DNA of 64,000 bases, from positions 40,295,915-40,359,914 of the forward strand of contig NC_068995.1 of assembly GCF_001194135.2 (NCBI RefSeq). Direction: 5' to 3'. The first letter of the stretch is position 1. Each line of letters starts with the position of its first letter. Under the pieces are notes generated by a model. The model had not been told where the DNA came from. It searched no databases and was given only the letters and a program-made list of their open reading frames with translations. This stretch comes from Octopus bimaculoides. Taxonomy: Eukaryota. The translations under genes were made by a program, and so were the position numbers. Positions 25,401 through 40,800 of the stretch are shown here, in pieces.

Positions 25401-26221
25401 AAATCCTTTCAATTGTTGTTAAGACTTGCTCCAAGTTAATCTTGACAATTTTAACTTACAATGAAAAACATTCCACCACTACCATCGTCGTCATCATCAT
25501 CATCATCATGTTTCTAGCATTGGCACAAGGCCTAAAATTTGGTACAGGATGTTAACTGATTATAGTGACCCCAGTATATGACAGGTACTTTCCATTAAAG
25601 GAAAAGTGGCCCACAGTGAGATTTGAACTCAGATCGTAAAGAGAGTGAAAACAAATAATGCAATGCATCTTGTCTAATTCTCTTATTCTGCTAAATAACA
25701 AATTCTTGTTTTGGTAACATCAGAGATGCAGGTAGTCTACTTTGGTCACTGGACAATACATACAAATAGGGATCAGGATAATGCTGCAGCTGCAGATGAT
25801 GATGATGATGGGAGGTTAATGACGTTAATAATTATGGAGCAAATTGTAAAATTGTAGTGGTGATGAAGATGACAGTGATGATATTGGTAATGATAATTAT
25901 GATGATAACAGTGGTGATGTTGACAATGATAAGGATAGTAGTAGTGACGACTGTGATGATGATGATGGTGGTGGTGGTGGTGGTGTTGAAGGAGGATGTA
26001 TGTCTCATTCTGCTCCATGTAAATGATAGCAATGATAATGATGAGGATGATGATGATGATGGTGGTGGTTGTGGTGGTGGCAGAGGTGGCAAAGGAGGGC
26101 ATATGTCTTACTCTGTGCTTCATGTTAATGTGATCGCAGAACTTCTGCAGTTCTTCATTGCCGGGTAGCTTGTAGTCATCAGGACCTTCCCCAATCGCTG
26201 ACAAGAGTTGATGATGGACCT

Positions 26222-26272
<51 letters not shown>

Positions 26273-28143
26273 AAATATTAAAGCAGTAACCAAAATAATT
26301 TACAATAATTCATTTCAAAGAGACACAAAAGCTGTGAAACTAAGGAATCACGCCAAAATTTTAAACATTGGCCCCTAATCTAAAATTACACATCACTGTC
26401 ATCGAAGAAAAAAGACACATCAGTTAATGTAGTTATGTTGTGTCCATAATATAAGACGATCATGAATAGGGCTGATTTAGAACTAAAAAACAAGGATTTC
26501 TTTTCTGTCAGCATAAGACCAACTTAAGTAGAGGACCTCATGGATTCTTGCGATTTGTAAAAATCATTGATTGAGACTAATTTTTTAACCCTTTTGATAT
26601 CAACCTACCTGAGACCACCCCAGGTTCTATGACATAAATTTATTGTTTTAAAGTCGACTAAATTATAATCTTCCTTCAAAATTTGATGCTAATTTGTTCA
26701 AAACCTAAGCTTAATAATGAGAAAGTTATTTTACTAAATACTTCATTATTTTAAGAATTAACTGAAACAAAGGCGGCATATTTGACAGTAATATGGTAAC
26801 AAAAGGTTTAAAGAATCACAAATAATAAATCATCAATTAGTATATGATACTGATTTATAAGACAGGGACCAGGTGATAAATTTAGGAGCAAAGAATTGTT
26901 ATTATATTGACCCCCCATACATGACTAGTAAAATTTAACCCTTATATTTTCAGATTCCTGTTTTGAAACACCCTATCTCTTTCATTTCATTTCAAAAGTA
27001 ATGTAAAATACAGTAAAATAATTTTGTCATTATGAAGTTCATGTTTGGAACATATCACTTGAAAACAGGAAGATTGTACTATAGAACCAGAGACAGTCTT
27101 AGGGTAGATTAGTTTCGAAAGAGTTAAGTATTGGTGCCAGAGATCCTTGTAAATTACAAGAAGTAAAATTAACTGAAGCATCACAAATAATATTTTCCCT
27201 AAATTATACGATCAGTATTTGTTTGTAAGGAAGACCAAACATGATGTTGATAATCTATAATTTGAACTCATAACTAAGACACAGAATAGAACCAGAAGTT
27301 CTACAAAGCTTAAAATACCTCTTTAGATCTTCTTTTACTGAAATATTAAATGATATAAAAATCTAATTAATAGCAACATGAAATATTGGTTTCAAAATAT
27401 GGCACAACACCAGCAAGTTGGAGGAGGGGTAAGTCAATGACATTAACCCCAGTACTCAACTGGTACTTAATTTATTGAACCCGAAAGGATAAAGGCAGAG
27501 GTGACCCTGGCAGAATTTGAACTCAGAACGTATAAACAGATGAAATGCTGCAAAACATCTTGCCTAGTATGCTAAGAATTCTGTTAGCTCACCACTTTTG
27601 CAAAATTAAACATTAAATGTACAGAATCATATTTAGAGGAAAGAGATTAGATGAACTTACAAGGATATCAGCATATCTGCGAATAGGTGATGTAAAATGT
27701 GTGTAGACATCCAGAGCTAATCCATAGTGAAAGAAATTATCTCGATTTAAAGAGCCAGTTGAAAAATATAGTGACTGGGGCATTGCTAACACTGCCATCA
27801 TTCGTAAAAGCTGAAAACAGACAAATAAGAAAACATGAATTAATATGCAAACATCAGGGATAGTTGCTAAGAGGATGAAAATGTATGACAAAGTGGAACA
27901 CAAGTTAGTCACTCTTGTAGTCAATCATGTAGAATACAGAGGTGTCTTAACTAATAATTGGCATACATAGGCGCAGGAGTGGCTGTGTGGTAAGTAGCTT
28001 GCTTACCAACCACATGGTTCCGGGTTCAGTCCCACTGCGTGGTGCCTTGGGCAAGTGTGTTCTACTATAGCCTCGGGCCGACCAAAGCCTTGCGAGTGGA
28101 TTTGGTAGAAAGAAACTGAAAGAAGCCCGTCATACATATGTAC

Positions 28144-28177
<34 letters not shown>

Positions 28178-30260
28178 CTGTGTTTGTCCCCCCACCATCA
28201 CTTGACAACCGATGCTGGTGCGTTTACGTCCCCGTAACTTAGCGGTTCGGCAAAAAGAGACCGATAAAATAAGTACTAGGCTTATAAAGAATAAGTCCTG
28301 GGGTCGATTTTCTCGACTAAAGGCAGTGCTCCAGCATGGCCGCAGTCAAATGACTGAAACAAGTAAAGAGTACTAGTGTCATCGACTGCAAGAATAAAGG
28401 ATATGCTCCACAAAGGAGCAACTATAGAGGTATCAATTTGATGGACAAGGTTATGAAAGTAACTGCAAGAGTTATTGCACAACAGATTGAACAAAGAGTA
28501 AATTTGTCTTGCAAGTTACTTGGTAACCCTGCCGGTGCTGGTGCCACATAAAAAGCATCTATTCCACACTGTGAAGTAGTTGACATTTGGAAGGGCATCC
28601 AGCTGTAAAAACCATGCCAAAACTGACCTCGCCAGTGCTGGTGCCATGTAAAAAGCACTCAGTTCAATCTGAGGGGTGGTTGGTGTTAGGAAGGGTATCC
28701 TGCCATATAAACCATGTAGTCTGGGGTAGTCTTCTACTTGGCCAGCTCCTGTCAAACTGTCCAACCCATGCCAGCATGGAAGGCGGACACTAACGGTGAT
28801 GAGGATGCCGTTTAGGTTTTGTTCCTGCAATGACTTGCACTGATACACTTTTCCTAGTAGGACAATGACAACAGATGTTCTCACTAAAAAGTCAGAACAG
28901 TCTGTCTATAATTTGGTGACCTGAAAAGGTCTATGACAGGGCACTGTATTCAGTAAGGTGGTGGTCAGAAGGGAAAGGAGATGAATGGTTTGTGAGGGTC
29001 ATGCAAGCCCTGTACAGATATTATGAGCAAGGAGAAAGTTAACAATGAATTCAGAAAAGAATATAATATGCAGGTAGGTGTCCAACAGAGATCAAGTTTC
29101 AGTATCCTCTGGTTTATTATAATTCTCTAGGCTATAACAGATGAGTTGAAGACCTGCTAAAACGAGGCTGAAGATGATGAGTTGGGGATAAAATCTAATG
29201 TTTGTTAAAAATGAAGCAGTTATGGACATGATGCAGTCATCATCATCATCATCATCCTCATCGTTTAACGTCCGCTTCCCATGCTAGCATGGGTTGGACG
29301 ATTTGACTGAGGACTGGTGAAACCGGATGGCAACACCAGGCTCCAATCTGATTTGGTAGAGTTTCTACAGCTGGATGCCCTTCCTAACGCCAACCACTCA
29401 AAGAGTGTAGTGGGTGCTTTTATGTGTCACCCGCACGAAGGCCAGTCAGGCGGTACTGGCAACATGGATAAAAACATGCCATGTGTCATCTTTGTTATCA
29501 AGCAACAATCAGATTTCTCATGAAGCACGAAAACTCAATCTTCAGAGAGATCAGGCTTAAATTTTGAGAATTTATTTCCCTTTTGTTTGAGAGTCACAAT
29601 TGCCGTTGGGCTTTCATTTTCTTTCACCAACAAAAACACAAATTTCAATACGTTTAGAATTGTTTGAATTATTCAGTACACCATCACCTGCTGAATTATC
29701 TAAATTTATGACATTGGCCCACTTGAGTTGCTTCCCTTGGCTAACATTTTTGTAATATAACAGTAAATAGGTCAGCATGTGTGGGTGGGTGTGTGTATGT
29801 GCGTCTGCTGGTGTACATATCTTTATTGTTTATCTTTTACTTGTTTCAGCCATTGGAGTGTGGCCAAGCTGGGGCACCACTTTGGAAGGTTTTGGTCAAA
29901 GAAATCAATTCCAGTAAGGTACTGGTGCTTATTTTATTGTTCTCTTTTGCCAAACCACTAAGTTAAACAAATCAACACCAGCTTGCAAGTGGTAGGAAGA
30001 GGGAGGGCGGGCAAAAAACACAAACACACACATACGTATATGTGTCTATAGCACAGACTTTCACACACTTTGTTTACCAATTTCACTTACAAGGCATTGG
30101 TTGGCCCAGGGCCACTTGCTCAAGGTGTTGTGCAGTGGGACTGAAACTGAAACTACATGGTTGCAAATCAAGCTTCTAAACCACACAACCATGATTGTGT
30201 ATATGTATGAATGGTATGTATATGTGTGTATGTGTGAATGTATGTATATCTGTATGTATG

Positions 30261-30291
<31 letters not shown>

Positions 30292-33200
30292 GTACTGATA
30301 CGTGTATACCTGATGGTCTTTTACTCATTTTAAATACAAAAGATAAAAAGAAAAAAAGAAGGAAAAGAAAACTAGTTTCACCTTGTTGAAGTAGATGTCA
30401 TTAGGATCAACACACCTGTCGAGAGAGTCACCCAGAGATTTATTGGAAGTGGTATCAATGGTAAAGTTTTTCACCTTAGCAAAATCAATAATGTCTTGAA
30501 AGAATTCCTGACGTGGTAAAGGATGGTGCCGTAACTGAAAAACATCCAGACAGAAAAAAGATAATTAATGTAATCACAATAAACGATATATTTTTGTTTA
30601 TATTAGTTCTAATTAAAATGATGACACAATTTAATCAGTTTAAAATTCCTTTCTTCAATAGCCAAGGTAGACTTAACCTGTCATCTGGTTCAACACCATT
30701 CCTTCTTCGAGAGAGGCTTTTAGTAAAGACCACACTAATGGAAGTATTTGGACTGAGTCTGTGACTTAATCATCACTTCCTCCCTTTATCTTGACAGTGT
30801 TAGAAACCTTGAAAAAAGGGTCACTGATGCACCCCTTTTACTTATAAGTCATAACAAAAAGGTTTTTTCTCTTTTCATATTTATAGTAATGTGTGTGTTG
30901 GCACTCTGTTGCTTACGACGTCGAGGGTTCCAGTTGATCCAATCAACGGAACAGCCTGCTCGTGAAATTAACATGCAAGTGGCTGAGCACTCCACAGACA
31001 CGTGTACCCTTAACGTAGTTCTCGGGGATATTCAGCATGAAACAGAGTGTGACAAGGTTGGCCCTTTGAATTACAAGTACAACAGAAACAGGAAGAAAGA
31101 GTGAGAGAAAGTTGTGGTGAAAGAGTATTGCAGGGTTCGCCACCATCCCCTGCCGGAGCCTCGTGGAGCTTTAGGTGTTTTCGCTCAATAAACACTCACA
31201 ACGCCCGGTCTGGGAATCGAAACCGCGATCCTATGACCGCGAGTTCGCTGCCCTAACCACTGGGCCATTGTGCCTCCACTTTTATAGTAATATACACATA
31301 AAAAAAAGGACTATGTTACTAATGGCTGTTGTTGTTGTTGTTCAGCCTCTCCCATTTCCCTTAGTTAACTCAGACAGAGTATATATGTGATCAGCGGTGT
31401 TCCAGATGTGACCATCAATTGTCATTCTGTTGTTTTTCAGCCGATATGTATCTAGGATTACATTACCAAATGTGTCATTTCTTTGTTGTCATGGTAGGGT
31501 GTGATATGAGAGGGATTTATCTGCTGCTATTTCTAGCACATAAACAGGTCAGTGGTTAACAGCCTGTCATAAATACTGGAATGTGTTTCGGAATAACATT
31601 TATTAGCCCAGTTCAACTAGCTGTAAATAGGCCGCTTACTGCTAAATACAGCAGAAACTCTGACAATTGACAGGGTTTTGAAACACCACTGTGGCCCTTA
31701 ATGATATTTCCCAACAAAATTTAAGGTGGATGTTGTGTAGTAGGATTTCCCAGCAACAGCAAACCATAGCCTGGTTTTCCAAAACACTTTCCATTCCTTC
31801 CAAGTGAGAACACTTAACAATAATGTGGGTTATTCGGCTTCTAATTTCATATTTTTTTTTACTTGCTTCAGTCATTTGACTGCGGCCATGCTGGAGCACC
31901 GCCTTTAGTCGACTAAATTGACCCCAGGACTTATTCTTTGTAAGCCTAGTACTTATTCTATCGGTCTCTCTTGCCGAACCACTAAGTTACGGGGGACATA
32001 AACACACCAGCATCAGTTGTCAAGCGATGTTGGGGGGATAAACACAAACATACACATGCACATACAAATATATATATATATACATACGTACGACGGGCTT
32101 CTTTCAGTTTCCCTCAACCAAAACCACTCATAAGGCTTTGGTCGGCCCGAGGCTATAGTAGAAGACACTTGTCCAAGGTGCTACGCAGTGGGAATGAACC
32201 CAGAACCATGTGGTTGGTAAGCAAGCTACAAATATTAGTTTCAAATTTTGACACAAAGTCAGCAATTTCAGGGGTTGGGATTGGTTGATTATATATATCG
32301 ATCCAGTGTATGACTGGTACTTATTTTATTGACCCTGAAAGGATGAAAGCTAAAGTCAACCTCAGCAGAATTTGAACACAGGACGTTAATGTTAAGGCCA
32401 CTGAGCATTTTGCCTGGCATGCTAACAATTCTGGCAGCTCCCTGCTTTACAAAGTTACAAATATTAGAGGTCGTTATCTTTTCTCTTCCACTGTACAAGA
32501 TTACTCACTGAGAATTAAATTAAGATCATACTTACCAATGCATGGTTAATAAATGTTGAAGATATCTTCCAAGCTACCCATTCATTGGCTAAAATCATGC
32601 ACTCGGCTACTGTATCATGGACTTCTAAATGCTGAAAGTATGATGAAGTAAAAAAAAAAAAATAATAATAATAATAATAATAATAATAAACAAAAATTTT
32701 GGTTATTTTGGGATTGGAAGCTTTTTTTTTTATTATCCAAATTCATAAGTTTGAATTAGTTTCTGAGTCTGATGGCTTATTGTTTTTAAGCTGAACTATT
32801 TTGGTGCCAAATTTCATGAGACAGTCCTTACATCATTCCCTCATAACCCCACTCGACTTCTTTATCAAAGTTAGAAGAATTATTTCAGATAAAATCTTGC
32901 CAGAGACTGTCTTTCAAAGAAACAAAGAACATTCCTCAACTGCACCAGACAAGAGTTTGGAGCAGTCCTCTGGCTTGCTAGTTCCTGTCAAGCCGTCCAA
33001 CCCATGTCAGCATGGAAAATGGACATTAGATGATGATGATGATGATGATGGTNNNNNNNNNNNNNNNNNNNNNNNNNNNNNNNNNNNNNNNNNNNNNNNN
33101 NNNNNNNNNNNNNNNNNNNNNNNNNNNNNNNNNNNNNNNNNNNNNNNNNNNNNNNNNNNNNNNNNNNNNNNNNNNNNNNNNNNNNNNNNNNNNNNNNNNN

Positions 33201-35932
33201 NNNNNNNNNNNNNNNNNNNNNNNNNNNNNNNNNNNNNNNNNNNNNNNNNNNNNNNNNNNNNNNNNNNNNNNNNNNNNNNNNNNNNNNNNNNNNNNNNNNN
33301 NNNNNTCAACCACTGTAGAGGTCGAATATATTCTTAAGTCCACCATTTCGTCAATCGCAGCAGCTTCCAAGCTTCACCACTAATTCAGTTCTCAACTAAA
33401 TTGCAAACCGTTAACAGTTTTAAAGGGGACACTTCCTCAGCTACACTTTGGCATAAATAGTTCGAGATTTGGTTCAGTAGAAAAAAAGTTACATCAAAAT
33501 ATCTGTGACCTCAAGTGGGGGCAGTAAAGCAGATATTCATCTTCAATTAACATAAGTCTTTTTAATTTTAAATTAAAAGTATACGTTTCTTAGGCTTAAA
33601 TGATAGAAAAATGTATGAGGAATGCAAAGTCGTTAGTCGCATTGAACAAAAATTAGTAGAAGAAAAATTATGGAGTGAAATACCACGAAATTTCGTGTAA
33701 GAGAGTAAGGAAGTAACGCTTCAGCTATAAGAATAATAAAGAATATATTGCTAAAATGAATGTTTACGCTCTAAGACGGCGAGCTGGCAGAAATGTTAGC
33801 ATGCCGGGTGAAATGCTTAACGATATATTGTCTCTCTTTATGTTTGGAGTTCAAGTTTCGCTGAGGTTGACTTTGACGTATAATTTAAAAGATGAGAACT
33901 GTAAAGAGTAATAAATTAGAAGAACTGGTGTTCTTTGCTGCAATATTTTAAGTAAAAAAGTTTCTTATTCTTTACTTTACTTGAAGTAATTGTTTGTCCT
34001 ATACTTTTACAGGTGTAATAACTTGTCCTGTACTTTTCCAGGTTCATAATCTTAAGAATATTACTTTACATGCTCGCATTTTTCCATGTAATAAGTATTG
34101 TTTATCTTCAGCTATATTATCTAATGCATCTTCCTTTTTAAGGGGATAGAATATGGTTTCAGGATTTAGCTGCTATTTTCAGCAGTTAAGTAATCACATA
34201 GAGGTTTATTCATCAGTTTACTGGTTTGTTAGTTGTTGATGTTTAGCCCAAGGTCACCACTGATTGAATAAAGACGTTCCAATTGTGACCATCCCCAACT
34301 TTTGGAAATTCATGATTACACTGCCCGTATCATTTCTGGGGTGTTTTTAAAGACATGCTTGAAGGAGATTTGGCAGTTTCTAGAATCACAACTATATACA
34401 TAAAAGGCAACTCTTCTACTACCAAAAACAATCACATAAAAAATCAAGTTGTCCTCACTGGGATTTGAACTCAAAAAGCAAAGATCCAAAATAAATAACA
34501 AAGTATTTTTTCTGATGTTCTAACAATTCTATGTTAGCCGTAACAACCACAAACACAAAATTATTGGAAAAAAAAGTGATTCCTTTAAGGTTTATCTGTT
34601 ATCTTTCTATACCTTGTCAATGATTAACTCAGAAATGTTTTTCTCTTCATCAACAACTGGCCGAACTTCGAGGCCATCGAGATCTAGAGCACCCTTTTCT
34701 TTCCTCTTGGCTTTCAGTTTGAACGCTATTTCCATAAGTAAGAGGATGGCAATACGAAGTTCTTCAACTCTGTAATGATAATGATAAAAGAAACTGAGTT
34801 AGGTCACAGTCATTTGAAATTGGGGCATTGTTTTACAGCAGGATGCTCTTCCTGTCATTAACCCTAACTGTTTCCCAAGTGCAGGATCTTTCTTTCACAC
34901 ATCTTCAAGCACTCAATGTCTAGAGATGATCAGGTGATGACAGGAGAAATGACAACATTACTACTTGTAGCTCATAATTTTCAGAGAAGTGTAAATGTAA
35001 TTAGCCAGGTAGATACACACACACACACACACATATTTTTTTATTCCTTTACTTGTTTCAGTCATTTGACTGCAGCCATGCTGGAGCACTGCCTTTAGTC
35101 GAACAAATCAACCCCAGCCAAGTATTTATTCTATCAGTTGCTTTTGCTAAACCACTAAGTTATAGGGACATAAACATACAAATATCGGTTGTCAAACAAT
35201 GGTGGTAGGGACAAAGACAGACACACAAACACACACACACACACATTGGATGAAGAACTGTTTTGGTGGGGATCCAAACAGAAGAAACCCGAAGAAGAGA
35301 AAGATATACAAGGAAGACATTGTTAAGTTTGAAGTGAGCATGTTGAATTTTATTTAGATGCTAAATGTCAGTAACATGTAGGAAAACATTGTTTTGGAAC
35401 CGACATGTCCAGCCAACAGCAGCATGGAAGCAGGGACATGGATGGATGTGTAAATGGATGAGTGGAAGAGCAGACAAACAGAGAGATAGATAGATAAATA
35501 GGCTGATAGATAGACTGATAGATAGATAGACAGACTGAGTGATAGGTAGATAGGTAGACGGATAAAACAATACCTTTGGTGTTTGTCTGTTCCTAATGTT
35601 TCCAGTTCTGTAATCTTTGCGGAGGCCTCTTCTACAGTAGCTCCATCAGCTAAGGCTTGGGCTGTCTGTCAAATTACAACCACAGTTTAATGCACCATAC
35701 TATATTGATTTTGAATATTTAAACATATAAACATGTAAACACAAATGGTCATGTCTAGTTCTCGAGACAATGATTAAGATACGTTATTTACAATTGACGG
35801 ATATTTGTCCTCATCTTTGTTGTTAACACATCGTTTCGGCTGATATACCCTCCACCCTTCATCAGGTGTCTTGGGAAATTTCAAACCTCGGTTCTCATTC
35901 CTAAGATATTATTCGATTTTATTATTATTAAA

Positions 35933-35972
<40 letters not shown>

Positions 35973-37594
35973 TCACTGCCTAGAATTGAACTTGGAGTCT
36001 TGGGGTTAGTAGCCTGCGCTCTTAACCATTAAGCCATATGCCTGTGGGCATATCCGTCAAATGTAAATAATGTGAATAATGTACATAATTCCTTATCTCT
36101 TAAATATAGAACTGAATGATTTAGATCAGGGGTTTTCAAACTGTGGTCCATGGACCACAGGGGGTCTGCAAGGACAAGACAGGGGGTCCGTGGACAGCAA
36201 ATACATTTTATGGGCAATTTGATTTTATACATGTTTTTTAATCAAAATCTTTTAATTGACAATAAACCTATTTTGTTAAATATTGTTAAATAAATAAATG
36301 TAAAAATATATGTTATTTTAAACAAATATTTATGTATAAATTTCATAAGCGTTTATAAGGGGGCCCCTAAGGTAACGCCTGAAATATAAAGGGGTCCACA
36401 AGTCAAAAAGTTTGAAAACCCGTGATTTAGATGATGACATATATACAACTGAATAAATAGTATGGTTTCTCTCTTTCTTTCTTCCCACCTCTTCCGATCT
36501 TTGCAACATTTCAACCACACTTCTCCTTTCTTTCATTTATTCATCATCATCATCATCATCATCGTTTAACATCCGCTTTCCATGCTAGCATAGGTTGGAC
36601 GATTTGACTGAGGACTGGTGAAACCGGATGGCAACACCAGGCTCCAATCTAATTTATTGGTTTTTAAAAAATTATTTTTCAAATTCCTTTCACACATCCA
36701 GCAGAAACAAGCGAAGAAATGAGAATAAAAGCATCAAAGTCTTACCTCGTATGTTAATTTATATGAAGAATTTATCAGAGTACGGCCATACCAGACATCA
36801 AGGACATTGAAGCTGGCATCCATCTCCCACATAACACTCACAGAACATCTGCAAAGACACATTAATGAATGATTCTGCTTCAAATCAAAATCCTTTGCCA
36901 TATTACAAAACAGACGCATTTCCTGCATCCAAGCCAGTTGTCTGTGGCAATTCAGACATTAGAAGAATTTGATGAGACCAGGACATAAATCATTGCTGCT
37001 ACCACAGTTATAAGGTCAATTCTCTGTCAATCAAGACAATAAACATTCAGTTGTTTGACCAACTGAATTCCAATTTGTTAAGTAGCTATAAGTGGCATTT
37101 GTTAAGTAATTTGTTAAGTAGTTATAAGAGCATTCCACAGACATGTGTAGACTTAACGCAGTTCTTAGGTTGAACCAGTGTAATACAATATGACAGGGCT
37201 GGACGTTTGAATTACTGGTACAATCCAGAGGTATGAAGAAAATAAAGAATTGACCACAAAATTAGATTGATACTTCATTTATCAGCAATTAAGCACAGGT
37301 GTGGCTGTGTGGTAAGAAGCTTGCTTCCAACTACATGGTTCCAGGTTCAGTCCCACTGTGTAGCAGCTTAGGCAAGTGTCCTCTATTATAACCTTGAGCC
37401 GACCAAAGCCTTGTGAGTGGATTTAGTAGATGGAAACACAAAAAAGCCCGTCGTATATATAATAATCCGTGTTGCTTTTTCTGATTTTTATCATCATCAT
37501 CATCATCATCATCGTTTAACGTCCGCTTTCCATGCTAGCATGGGTTGGACGATTTGACTGAGGACTGGTGAAACCGGATGGCAACTGAAACCGG

Positions 37595-37634
<40 letters not shown>

Positions 37635-37798
37635 TTAAGGAATGGAGTAAACACATGTTATAACTGCATACTTTATTCCGACATATATTTTGAAGAATTA
37701 CAATTTATGCGATCCATAGGAATCGTCGATGTTAAAAATGTAAACTTCTCCTCAGGGAATGTATGGGAATCATCTTAAACGTAAGACATTATGACCGA

Positions 37799-37837
<39 letters not shown>

Positions 37838-40800
37838 CACACACACACACACATACATACATAATATATATCTATGTGAGTGTGTCTTTGTGTCTGTATG
37901 TTCCCCATCGCCACTTGACAACCAGTGTTGGTACGTTTATGTCCCTGTAACTTAGCAGTTCAGCAAAAGAGACTGATAGAATAAGTACTAGGCTTAAGAA
38001 ATAAGTCCTGGGGTCGATTTGCTCGACTAAAACCTTCAAGGTGGTGCTCCAGCATGGCTGCAGTCAAATGACTGAAACAAGTAAAAGAATAAAAGAAAAG
38101 CCAATTTGGGAACCTCAAAGCCAGATTTGGGCATACTGTGGCCTGTTCGACTTTCTGAATATCATGCTTAATGATGAATTACTTAAAATTTAATTAGTAG
38201 TATGGCCTACTGGAAGATGAGCAATGCCTCATGTGCTCCACTTCTTGAAAAAGATTGCTCATGCCTGCTCTATGCAGTCACCTGACTTGTTAGAAACAGC
38301 AACCAAATCTCTTACAAATCAAACCTTACTGTCTTAGAGAAAGATACATTGTATCATGCAAGAATAGATTCTCTATTTGTAAAAATGAAAATGACATGAT
38401 GGTCACAGTTGGAATACCTTTTGATTTTAAGTCTGTTTAACCAGGACTAACCTGGGGCTGCACACAATCGCAACCACCACAACCACAGCCGACCAACAAC
38501 ATCAGCAATGCTTATTCTTATCTACAAATGATGTTTGATGACTTACTTGTCCTCTCCACTGACCAGTGAACATAAATTAGAACTCAGAACTGATGGCAGC
38601 ATGTCGTAACGGCGATCTGCAAGATAAACCGTGGTGGAACGAGCTCTAGCTTCCAAGTCTGACAGTGAACCCGGCTTCACAAAGTAGGTGACATCAGCAA
38701 TGTGGACACCCAATTCAATATGACCGTTTGGAAGATGCCTGAAGATAAGAGAAACGAAAGCAAAGCTTTACAAGAAATTACCATTCTTCTGTAGAAATAT
38801 CTGTGAGTTGATACAATCCTAAAGTAAGACATGTATAAGGGAAAATTTGGTTTTGAGTTTTGTCTTTGAGGACTTAACCAAAGAATGTGAACAGAACCAT
38901 GGACCTTTAAAAAAAACCTTTGATGCTGGTTGATATGAAGAGACGGGATAGAAGGATGGAAGGTTGAAGTGGTTTTCTAATGCAAGTTAACAGGCAGATT
39001 GTTGCTAAAAATAACAGCTAAATCTTCTTTATAGCAGTTAAATTGCACTTTACTATTTTAAAAATGAGAAGGACACATTACATAATATAATTCTAGATAC
39101 ACTGTATCTGAAAAAAAAGTTGTAAAAGTCATTATTGGAACATGTTTGGTTAAAAGTCTATTTTAGCCATAGCCGGAATCCTTTCTTACTGGGAGCCACA
39201 GCTCCCATAGACTGGTGCCCATATGTGTCATTTGCTTTGGTTTGTATGGCTGGATGCCCTTCCTGTCACCAACCACTTTTACAGAGTGAGTTCAACTATT
39301 AGAAAGGTTGAATAGTCCGAGGTGAACCAGGACTAATGATGGTCCACAGGCTACAAACTGATGGTTTCTCACTACAAACAACCCCTGAGGTTCAATGAGT
39401 GATAATAACAAGAGGAGAGAGGTGGGAAGAGAAACAAAGGAAGAGGGGGGAAAGAGGANNNNNNNNNNNNNNNNNNNNNNNNNNNNNNNNNNNNNNNNNN
39501 NNNNNNNNNNNNNNNNNNNNNNNNNNNNNNNNNNNNNNNNNNNNNNNNNNNNNNNNNNNNNNNNNNNNNNNNNNNNNNNNNNNNNNNNNNNNNNNNNNNN
39601 NNNNNNNNNNNNNNNNNNNNNNNNNNNNNNNNNNNNNNNNNNGAGTATAAAATACAGAACAGTAAAAGAGAGGTCCCAGCCCTTTACAAGTTACAAAGCT
39701 GTAGATGAAATTTCAGCTGTAGTGAAACGATATGAGAATGAAAGACAGAAGACCCTGGATTTAAAAGGACCCAGAAATCATTACCTCACTGACAGTGTGT
39801 CATCAACATCTTCACAGCCTGGAGGGTCAATGCTGAACACGAGGTGGCTCTGTCGAAGGTCTCTCCTTTTAGAAAATTCTTCAACTGGAATTTCCCAAGG
39901 ATTTTCTGGACTTACTTTAGGGAGTTCTTGTAACTGTAAAGATTTTAAAAAATAATAATAAAACCTTCATAATGTGGCAATAATTATTATTTCCATCATT
40001 TAACTTTATATGATTTCAACAATTTATTAGGATCCAACCCAAAACTGACTTATGCTTAACATTCAGGAATTCCCCCAGTTGTGACTCTAATTTAAACCAA
40101 CATTTATTGTAATTGACTTCTGTGATACAAAAACAAGCAATTGGTCAAAGTTATAAAAAAAAAAGCATTGCAGTATCACAGTATTGACCAGATCATCAAA
40201 TTTTGTTATACACCACTGGTCACAATGCACTTCCAATTCTGTCTTAATTGCGCCATTCTTTTCCATCATGACCCAAATCGCTTGACTGAATCGTCTTTCC
40301 ATTGTCATGGAGGCCTTCCACCTGGCCTTATTTGATCTCTAGGACAAAACTTGGCACTTGAATACTATTCTTAAAAGCAAAAGAAAAAAAAACAATAAAA
40401 AAAAACATAACTGGAAAAAAAAAACTTATTTTATCAAAGTTGTGTTTGTACTTACCTGTGAATCTGAAAAATTTCCAATAAATATATTGTTTTCTACTAG
40501 AATGGTGGCAATTTCAGTTTCTGGGTCTCCAGAAGGGCCTAAAGTTCGGACGAAATGCCCATTGGGGTATTGGGAACCTAATTCCCAAGAATCAATCCTT
40601 ACCACGAATCTAAAATGAAATAAATTTTAAACAATAACAAAAACTGAATCTGAAATGACACACGTATGAAGTCTTGACATGACCACCTTGCCTGTGTCAT
40701 ACATGGTCCACCTGCAACTTTTTTTGATTCCTCCAATATCCTATCAATAAAGAAAATGTGGTTTATGTTATCATTGTGGGATGTAATATTGAGGAGAATG

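Noticed and set aside
25773-26204. 143-aa ORF extending DIS3L exon 19 into poly-Thr/Ile/His
   Set aside because: Read-through of a strong donor (26111) into a trinucleotide microsatellite; low complexity explains the open frame.
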